A stretch of DNA of 64,000 nucleotides from Auanema rhodensis (Eukaryota; Animalia; Nematoda): positions 17,608,001-17,672,000 of the forward strand of contig OZ059899.1 in assembly GCA_964057225.1 (NCBI GenBank), in the 5' to 3' direction. Shown here piece after piece: positions 13,547-24,213 of the stretch (within the stretch, counting starts at the first letter, position 1; each line of letters starts with the position of its first letter). The notes below the pieces were generated by a model, which saw only the letters and a list, made by a program, of their open reading frames with translations, was not told the DNA's origin and searched no databases. The position numbers were made by a program, and so were the translations under genes.

Positions 13547-16500
13547 TCTCATAAAAATTGAAAACCAGCTAGAGCAGCAAACTGAAGCTATACAGTAGCA
13601 AAAATCATGAAGCTAACAAAGCAATAATCAAATCCAATATTACAAGGAACAATGATATTCAATGCTTTTCAAAACGAAAAAATAACTCATGTTAGATTCA
13701 ATTGAATTTGTTGTAAGATGATGAAAAATCTCATAAAAATTGAAATCCAGCTAGAGCAGTAAACACATGACATGTAGTAGCAAAAATCATAAAACTAACA
13801 AAGCAATATTCAAATCCAATATTACAAGAAACAATTATATTCACTACTATTTGAAACGAAAAAATAGTTCATATTAGATTCAAATGAATTTGTTGCAAGA
13901 TTATGAAAAATCTCATAATAATAGAAAACCAGCTAGAAGCAAACTGAAGCTATGCAGTAGCAAAATCTTAAAACAAACGAAGCAATATTCAAATCAATTA
14001 TTACAAGAAATAATGATATTCAATGCTTTTTAAAAAGAAAAAATAATTCATCTTAGATTCAATTGAATTTGTTGTGAGATTATGAAAAATCTAATAAAAA
14101 GTGAAAACCAGCTAAAGCAGCAAACTGAAGCTATGCAGAAGCAAAAATGTTAAAGGTAACAAAGCAATATTCAAATCCATCATTACAAGAAACAATGAAA
14201 TTCAATGCTTTTTAAAAAAAAAAAATTCATATTAGATTCAAATGAATTTGTTGTCACAGGACGATTATTCTCATAAAAATGGAAAACTAGCTAGAGCAGC
14301 AAACTGAAGCTATACAGTAGCAAAAATCATAAAGCTAACAAAGCAATAATCAAATCCAATATTACAAGGAACAATGATATTCAATGCTTTTCAAAACGAA
14401 AAAATAACTCATGTTAGATTCAATTGAATTTGTTGTAAGATGATGAAAAATCTCATAAAAATTGAAAACCAGCTAGAGCAGTAAACACATGACATGTAGT
14501 AGCAAAAATCATAAAACTATCGAAGCAATATTCAAATCCAATATTATAAGGAACAATGATATTCAATGCTTTTCAAAACGAAAAAATATTTCATGTTAGA
14601 TTCAATTGAATTTGTTGTAAGATGATGAAATATCTCATAAAAATTGAAAACCAGCTAGAGCAGTAAACACATGACATGTAGTAGCAAAAATCATAAAACT
14701 ATCGAAGCAATATTCAAATCCAATATTATAAGGAACAATGATATTCAATGCTTTTCAAAACGAAAAAACATTTCATGTTAGATTTAATTGAATTTGTTGT
14801 AAGATGATGCAAAATCTCATAAAAATTGAAAACCAGCTAGAGCAGCAAACTGAAGCTATACAGTAGCAAAAATCATGAAGCTAACAAAGCAATAATCAAA
14901 TCCAATATTACAAGGAACAATGATATTCAATGCTTTTCAAAACGAAAAAATATTTCATGTTAGATTCAATTGAATTTGTTGTAAGATGATGAAATATCTC
15001 ATAAAAATTGAAAACCAGCTAGAGCAGCAAACTGAAGCTACACAGTAGCAAAAATCATAAAGCTAACAAAGCAATAATCAAATCCAATATTACAAGGAAC
15101 AATGATATTCAATGCTTTTCAAAACGAAAAAATAACTCATGTTAGATTCAATTGAATTTGTTGTAAGATGATGAAAAATCTCATAAAAATTGAAATCCAG
15201 CTAGAGCAGTAAACACATGACATGTAGTAGCAAAAATCATAAAGCTAACAAAGCAATAATCAAATCCAATATTACAAGGAACAATGATATTCAATGCTTT
15301 TCAAAACGAAAAAATAACTCATGTTAGATTCAATTGAATTTGTTGTAAGATGATGAAAAATCTCATAAAAATTGAAATCCAGCTAGAGCAGTAAACACAT
15401 GACATGTAGTAGCAAAAATCATAAAACTAACGAAGCAATATTCAAATCCAATATTATAAGGAACAATGATATTCAATGCTTTTCAAAACGAAAAAATATT
15501 TCATGTTAGATTCAATTGAATTTGTTGTAAGATGATGAAATATCTCATAAAAATTGAAAAACAGCTAGAGCAGTAAACACATGACATGTAGTAGCAAAAA
15601 TCATAAAACTATCGAAGCAATATTCAAATCCAATATTATAAGGAACAATGATATTCAATGCTTTTCAAAACGAAAAAACATTTCATGTTAGATTTAATTG
15701 AATTTGTTGTAAGATGATGCAAAATCTCATAAAAATTGAAAACCAGCTAGAGCAGCAAACTGAAGCTATACAGTAGCAAAAATCATGAAGCTAACAAAGC
15801 AATAATCAAATCCAATATTACAAGGAACAATGATATTCAATGCTTTTCAAAACGAAAAAATATTTCATGTTAGATTCAATTGAATTTGTTGTAAGATGAT
15901 GAAATATCTCATAAAAATTGAAAACCAGCTAGAGCAGCAAACTGAAGCTACACAGTAGCAAAAATCATAAAGCTAACAAAGCAATAATCAAATCCAATAT
16001 TACAAGGAACAATGATATTCAATGCTTTTCAAAACGAAAAAATAACTCATGTTAGATTCAATTGAATTTGTTGTAAGATGATGAAAAATCTCATAAAAAT
16101 TGAAATCCAGCTAGAGCAGTAAACACATGACATGTAGTAGCAAAAATCATAAAGCTAACAAAGCAATAATCAAATCCAATATTACAAGGAACAATGATAT
16201 TCAATGCTTTTCAAAACGAAAAAATAACTCATGTTAGATTCAATTGAATTTGTTGTAAGATGATGAAAAATCTCATAAAAATTGAAATCCAGCTAGAGCA
16301 GTAAACACATGACATGTAGTAGCAAAAATCATAAAACTAACGAAGCAATATTCAAATCCAATATTATAAGGAACAATGATATTCAATGCTTTTCAAAACG
16401 AAAAAATATTTCATGTTAGATTTAATTGAATTTGTTGTAAGATGATGCAAAATCTCATAAAAATTGAAAACCAGCTAGAGCAGCAAACTGAAGCTATACA

Positions 16501-19500
16501 GTAGCAAAAATCATAAAGCTAACAAAGCAATAATCAAATCCAATATTACAAGGAACAATGATATTCAATGCTTTTCAAAACGAAAAAATAACTCATGTTA
16601 GATTCAATTGAATTTGTTGTAAGATGATGAAAAATCTCATAAAAATTGAAAACCAGCTAGAGCAGTAAACACATGACATGTAGTAGCAAAAATCATAAAA
16701 CTATCGAAGCAATATTCAAATCCAATATTATAAGGAACAATGATATTCAATGCTTTTCAAAACGAAAAAATATTTCATGTTAGATTCAATTGAATTTGTT
16801 GTAAGATGATGAAATATCCCATAAAAATTGAAAACCAGCTAGAGCAGTAAACACATGACATGTAGTAGCAAAAATCATAAAACTATCGAAGCAATATTCA
16901 AATCCAATATTATAAGGAACAATGATATTCAATGCTTTTCAAAACGAAAAAACATTTCATGTTAGATTTAATTGAATTTGTTGTAAGATGATGCAAAATC
17001 TCATAAAAATTGAAAACCAGCTAGAGCAGCAAACTGAAGCTATACAGTAGCAAAAATCATGAAGCTAACAAAGCAATAATCAAATCCAATATTACAAGGT
17101 ACAATGATATTCAATGCTTTTCAAAACGAAAAAATATTTCATGTTAGATTCAATTGAATTTGTTGTAAGATGATGAAAAATCTCATAAAAAGTGAACACC
17201 AGCTAGAGCAGCAAACTGAAGCTATGCATAAGCAAACATCTTAAAGCTAACAAAGCAATATTCAAATCCAATATTACAAGGAACAATGATATTCAATGCT
17301 TTTCAAAACGAAAAAATATTTCATGTTAGATTCAATTGAATTTGTTGTAAGATGATGAAAAATCTCATAAAAATTGAAAACCAGCTAGAGCAGCAAACTG
17401 AAGCTATACAGTAGCAAAAATCATAAAGCTGACAAAGCAATATTCAAATCCATCATTACAAGAAACAATGAAATTCAATGCTTTTTTAAAAAAAAAAATA
17501 ATTCACATGAGATTCAAATGAATTTGTTGTAAGATGATGAAAAATCTCATAAAAATTGAAAACTAGCTAGAGCAGTAAACACAGGGCATGTAGTAGCAAA
17601 AATCTTAAAGCAAACAAAGCAATATTCAAATCCAATATTACAAGAAACATAGAAATTCAATGCTTTTTAAAACGAAAAAATAGTTCATGTTAGATTCAAA
17701 TGAATTTGTTGTAAGATGATGAAAAATCTCATAAAAATTGAAAACCAGCTAGAGCAGCAAACTGAAGCTATACAGTAGCAAAAATCATAAAGCTAACAAA
17801 GCAATATTCAAATCCAATATTACAAGGAACAATGATATTCAATGCTTTTCAAAACGAAAAAATATTTCATGTTAGATTCAAATGAATTTGTTGTAAGATG
17901 ATGAAAAATCTCATAAAAATTGAAAACCAGCTAGAGCAGCAAACTGAAGCTATACAGTAGCAAAAATCATAAAGCTAACAAAGCAATATTCAAATCCATC
18001 ATTACAAGAAACAATGAAATTCAATGCTTTTTTAAAAAAAAAAATAATTCACATGAGATTCAAATGAATTTGTTGTAAGATGATGAAAAATCTCATAAAA
18101 ATTGAAAACCAGCTAGAGCAGCAAACTGAAGCTATACAGTAGCAAAAATCATAAAGCTAACAAAGCAATATTCAAATCCAATATTACAAGGAACAATGAT
18201 ATTCAATGCTTTTCAAAACGAAAAAATATTTCATGTTAGATTCAATTGAATTTGTTGTAAGATGATGAAAAATCTCATAAAAAGTGAAAACCAGCTAGAG
18301 CAGCAAACTGAAGCTATGCATAAGCAAACATCTTAAAGCTAACAAAGCAATATTCAAATCCAATATTACAAGGAACAATGATATTCAATGCTTTTCAAAA
18401 CGAAAAAATAATTCATGTTAGATTCAATTGAATTTGTTGTAAGATGATGAAAAATCTCATAAAAATTGAAAACCAGCTAGAGCAGCAAACTGCAGCTATA
18501 CAGTAGCAAACATCTTAAAGCTAACAAAGCAATAATCAAATCCAATATTACAAGGAACAATGATATTCAATGCTTTTCAAAACGAAAAAATAATTCATGT
18601 TAGATTCAATTGAATTTGTTGTAAGATGATGAAAAATCTCATAAAAATTGAAAACCAGCTAGAGCAGTAAACACATGACATGTAGTAGCAAAAATCATAA
18701 AACTAACAAAGCAATATTCAAATCCAATATTATAAGGAACAATGATATTCAATGCTTTTCAAAACGAAAAAATATTTCATGTTAGATTCAATAGAATTTG
18801 TTGTAAGATGATGAAAAATCTCATAAAAATTGAAAACCAGCTAGAGCAGCAAACTGAAGCTATACAGTAGCAAAAATCATAAAGCTAACAAAGCAATATT
18901 CAAATCCATCATTACAAGAAACAATGAAATTCAATGCTTTTTTAAAAAAAAAAATAATTCACATGAGATTCAAATGAATTTGTTGTAAGATGATGAAAAA
19001 TCTCATAAAAATTGAAAACTAGCTAGAGCAGTAAACACAGGGCATGTAGTAGCAAAAATCATAAAGCTAACAAAGCAATATTCAAATCCAATATTACAAG
19101 GAACAATGATATTCAATGCTTTTCAAAACGAAAAAATATTTCATGTTAGATTCAATTGAATTTGTTGTAAGATGATGAAAAATCTCATAAAAAGTGAAAA
19201 CCAGCTAGAGCAGCAAACTGAAGCTATACAGTAGCAAAAATCATAAAGCTAACAAAGCAATATTCAAATCCAATATTACAAGGAACAATGATATTCAATG
19301 CTTTTCAAAACGAAAAAATATTTCATGTTAGATTCAAATGAATTTGTTGTAAGATGATGAAAAATCTCATAAAAATTGAAAACCAGCTAGAGCAGTAAAC
19401 ACATGACATGTAGTAGCAAAAATCATAAAACTAACAAAGCAATATTCAAATCCAATATTATAAGGAACAATGATATTCAATGCTTTTCAAAACGAAAAAA

Positions 19501-22500
19501 TATTTCATGTTAGATTCAATAGAATTTGTTGTAAGATGATGAAAAATCTCATAAAAATTGAAAACCAGCTAGAGCAGCAAACTGAAGCTATGCATAAGCA
19601 AACATCTTAAAGCTAACAAAGCAATATTCAAATCCAATATTACAAGAAACATAGAAATTCAATGCTTTTTAAAACGAAAAAATAGTTCATGTTAGATTCA
19701 AATGAATTTGTTGTAAGATGATGAAAAATCTCATAAAAATTGAAAACCAGCTAGAGCAGCAAACTGAAGCTATACAGTAGCAAAAATCATAAAGCTAACA
19801 AAGCAATATTCAAATCCATCATTACAAGAAACAATGAAATTCAATGCTTTTTTAAAAAAAAAAATAATTCACATGAGATTCAAATGAATTTGTTGTAAGA
19901 TGATGAAAAATCTCATAAAAATTGAAAACCAGCTAGAGCAGCAAACTGAAGCTATACAGTAGCAAAAATCATAAAGCTAACAAAGCAATATTCAAATCCA
20001 ATATTACAAGGAACAATGATATTCAATGCTTTTCAAAACGAAAAAATATTTCATGTTAGATTCAATTGAATTTGTTGTAAGATGATGAAAAATCTCATAA
20101 AAAGTGAAAACCAGCTAGAGCAGCAAACTGAAGCTATGCATAAGCAAACATCTTAAAGCTAACAAAGCAATATTCAAATCCAATATTACAAGGAACAATG
20201 ATATTCAATGCTTTTCAAAACGAAAAAATAATTCATGTTAGATTCAATTGAATTTGTTGTAAGATGATGAAAAATCTCATAAAAATTGAAAACCAGCTAG
20301 AGCAGCAAACTGCAGCTATACAGTAGCAAACATCTTAAAGCTAACAAAGCAATAATCAAATCCAATATTACAAGGAACAATGATATTCAATGCTTTTCAA
20401 AACGAAAAAATAATTCATGTTAGATTCAATTGAATTTGTTGTAAGATGATGAAAAATCTCATAAAAATTGAAAACCAGCTAGAGCAGCAAACTGAAGCTA
20501 TACAGTAGCAAAAATCATAAAGCTAACAAAGCAATATTCAAATCCATCATTACAAGAAACAATGAAATTCAATGCTTTTTTAAAAAAAAAAATAATTCAC
20601 ATGAGATTCAAATGAATTTGTTGTAAGATGATGAAAAATCTCATAAAAATTGAAAACTAGCTAGAGCAGTAAACACAGGGCATGTAGTAGCAAAAATCTT
20701 AAAGCAAACAAAGCAATATTCAAATCCAATATTACAAGAAACATAGAAATTCAATGCTTTTTAAAACGAAAAAATAGTTCATGTTAGATTCAAATGAATT
20801 TGTTGTAAGATGATGAAAAATCTCATAAAAATTGAAAACCAGCTAGAGCAGCAAACTGAAGCTATACAGTAGCAAAAATCATAAAGCTAACAAAGCAATA
20901 TTCAAATCCAATATTACAAGGAACAATGATATTCAATGCTTTTCAAAACGAAAAAATATTTCATGTTAGATTCAATTGAATTTGTTGTAAGATGATGAAA
21001 AATCTCATAAAAAGTGAAAACCAGCTAGAGCAGCAAACTGAAGCTATGCATAAGCAAACATCTTAAAGCTAACAAAGCAATATTCAAATCCAATATTACA
21101 AGGAACAATGATATTCAATGCTTTTCAAAACGAAAAAATAATTCATGTTAGATTCAATTGAATTTGTTGTAAGATGATGAAAAATCTCATAAAAATTGAA
21201 AACCAGCTAGAGCAGCAAACTGCAGCTATACAGTAGCAAACATCTTAAAGCTAACAAAGCAATAATCAAATCCAATATTACAAGGAACAATGATATTCAA
21301 TGCTTTTCAAAACGAAAAAATAATTCATGTTAGATTCAATTGAATTTGTTGTAAGATGATGAAAAATCTCATAAAAATTGAAAACCAGCTAGAGCAGTAA
21401 ACACATGACATGTAGTAGCAAAAATCATAAAACTAACAAAGCAATATTCAAATCCAATATTATAAGGAACAATGATATTCAATGCTTTTCAAAACGAAAA
21501 AATATTTCATGTTAGATTCAATAGAATTTGTTGTAAGATGATGAAAAATCTCATAAAAATTGAAAACCAGCTAGAGCAGTAAACACAGGGCATGTAGTAG
21601 CAAAAATCATAAAGCTAACAAAGCAATATTCAAATCCAATATTACAAGGAACAATGATATTCAATGCTTTTCAAAACGAAAAAATATTTCATGTTAGATT
21701 CAATTGAATTTGTTGTAAGATGATGAAAAATCTCATAAAAATTGAAAACCAGCTAGAGCAGCAAACTGAAGCTATGCATATGCAAACATCTTAAAGCTAA
21801 CAAAGCAATATTCAAATCCAATATTATAAGGAACAATGATATTCAATGCTTTTCAAAACGAAAAAATAATTCATGTTAGATTCAATTGAATTTGTTGTAA
21901 GATGATGAAAAATCTCATAAAAATTGAAAACCAGCTAGAGCAGCAAACTGAAGCTAAACAGTAGCAAAAATCATAAAGCTAACAAAGCAATATTCAAATC
22001 CATCATTACAAGAAACAATGAAATTCAATGCTTTTTTAAAAAAAAAAATAATTCACATGAGATTCAAATGAATTTGTTGTAAGATGATGAAAAATCTCAT
22101 AAAAATTGAAAACTAGCTAGAGCAGTAAACACAGGGCATGTAGTAGCAAAAATCTTAAAGCAAACAAAGCAATATTCAAATCCAATATTACAAGAAATAA
22201 TGATATTCAATGCTTTTTAAAAAGCAAAAATAATTCATCTTAGATTCAATTGAATTTGTTGTGAGATTATGAAAAATCTAATAAAAAGTGAAAACCAGCT
22301 AGAGCAGCAAACTGAAGCTATGCATAAGCAAACATCTTAAAGCTAACAAAGCAATATTCAAATCCAATATTACAAGGAACAATGATATTCAATGCTTTTC
22401 AAAACGAAAAAATAATTCATGTTAGATTCAATTGAATTTGTTGTCACAGGACGATTATTCTCATAAAAATTGAAAACTAGCTAGAGCAGTAAACACAGGG

Positions 22501-23810
22501 CATGTAGTAGCAAAAATCTTAAAGCAAACAAAGCAATATTCAAATCCAATATTACAAGAAACAATGATATTCACTAGTATTTGAAACGAAAAAATAGTTC
22601 ATGTTAGATTCAAATGAATTTGTTGTAAGATGATGAAAAATCTCATAAAAATTGAAAACCAGCTAGAGCAGCAAACTGAAGCTATACAGTAGCAAAAATC
22701 ATAAAGCTAACAAAGCAATATTCAAATCCAATATTACAAGGAACAATGATATTCAATGCTTTTCAAAACGAAAAAATATTTCATGTTAGATTCAATTGAA
22801 TTTGTTGTAAGATGATGAAAAATCTCATAAAAATTGAAAACCAGCTAGAGCAGCAAACTGAAGCTATACAGTAGCAAAAATCATAAAACTAACGAAGCAA
22901 TATTCAAATCCAATATTATAAGGAACAATGATATTCAATGCTTTTCAAAACGAAAAAATATTTCATGTTAGATTCAATTGAATTTGTTGTAAGATGATGA
23001 AAAATCTCATAAAAATTGAAAACCAGCTAGAGCAGCAAACTGAAGCTATGCATAAGCAAACATCTTAAAGCTAACAAAGCAATATTCAAATCCAATATTA
23101 CAAGGAACAATGATATTCAATGCTTTTCAAAACGAAAAAATATTTCATGTTAGATTCAATTGAATTTGTTGTAAGATGATGAAAAATCTCATAAAAATTG
23201 AAAACCAGCTTGAGCAGCAAACTGAAGCTATACAGTAGCAAAAATCATAAAACTAACGAAGCAATATTCAAAACCATCATTACAAGAAACAATGAAATTC
23301 AATGCTTTTTTAAAAAAAAAATAATTCACATGAGATTCAATTGAATTTGTTGTAAGATGATGAAAAATCTCATAAAAAGTGAAAACCAGCTAGAGCAGCA
23401 AACTGAAGCTATGCATAAGCAAACATCTTAAAGCTAACAAAGCAATATTCAAATCCAATATTACAAGGAACAATGATATTCAATGCTTTTCAAAACGAAA
23501 AAATATTTCATGTTAGATTCAATTGAATTTGTTGTAAGATGATGAAAAATCTCATAAAAATTGAAAACCAGCTAGAGCAGCAAACTGAAGCTAAACAGTA
23601 GCAAAAATCATAAAGCTAACAAAGCAATATTCAAATCCATCATTACAAGAAACAATGAAATTCAATGCTTTTTTAAAAAAAAAATAATTCACATGAGATT
23701 CAATTGAATTTGTTGTAAGATGATGAAAAATCTCATAAAAAGTGAAAACCAGCTAGAGCAGCAAACTGAAGCTATGCATAAGCAAACATCTTAAAGCTAA
23801 CAAAGCAATA
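13546..23810 (-). repeat. 182-bp satellite array, orientation 2 (about 56.4 monomers)
   Basis: Reverse complement of the 11025-13544 monomer (ccagctagagcagc...), period 182. It ends at ...caaagcaata (23810). Confidence 0.97.
14520..16420 (-). repeat. 5-mer (910-bp) higher-order duplication of 182-mers
   Basis: The rare allele cgaaaaaaca is at 14761 and 15671, and flanking allele runs match at +910. Confidence 0.85.
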
Positions 23811-23936
23811 GCTAGCGCAAATCTGATAACACAGATCGACGCAGCTTAAAAATCCGCATCGAATGCACTATACTACATTGAGAAACGCTTAATACAAAAA
23901 TTAGTTATGATCGTTTGAAAAAAGATGCATTAGTGT

Positions 23937-23964
23937 ATGTTGAGTTTCCATGTACACTCAACAT
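23937..23964. other. Example of the 28-bp dyad ATGTTGAGT-N10-ACTCAACAT present in each 351-mer
   Basis: Perfect 9-bp inverted repeat with a 10-nt spacer, read directly from the sequence. Confidence 0.92.
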
Positions 23965-24146
23965 TGCTTCCAAAAACATTTTGACAAAAATTTTTCCGAA
24001 AAATTTCAAAATAATTTCGCAAAAAGTAGATGTTTTTAGATTTCTTTTTTCAAGGCAAAGACGATGGACAAAGTTATTCAACGAAAAAATTAATTCTGCA
24101 GGGTGAAAATCGAGGATATATGTGTGAACTTATATCAGTTGATATC

Positions 24147-24213
24147 TCGGTGCATTTTTAAGCTAGCGCAAATCTGATAACACAGATCGACGCAGCTTAA
24201 AAATCCGCATCGA
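24147..24213. other. Example of the 67-nt interrupted inverted repeat present in each 351-mer
   Basis: tcggtgc ATTTTTAAGCT a gcg caa ATCTG ataaca CAGAT cga cgc AGCTTAAAAAT cc gcatcga; 11-bp perfect stem 24154-24164 with 24194-24204. Confidence 0.9.

Noticed and set aside
11025-16100. Fold-back chimeric read artefact as the cause of the inversion at 13545
   Set aside because: The two sides are not mirror-identical in phase or haplotype, as a read fold-back would be. Spanning reads are still needed for proof.
11025-23810. 182-bp block as a mobile element with terminal inverted repeats
   Set aside because: No target-site duplication, no coding capacity and no matching termini; the flanking 351 arrays are in opposite orientation and out of phase.
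23801-23825. Shared motif agctagagca (182-mer) / agctagcgca (351-mer) as evidence of common origin or junction homology
   Set aside because: It is only a 9/10 match, and the actual junction uses a different 182-mer phase (caaagcaata|gctagc) with about 1 nt overlap.
23811-24161. Canonical CENP-B box or a named satellite family and species
   Set aside because: I found no match to the TTCG-N4-A-N2-CGGG core, and I cannot assign a family without a database search.
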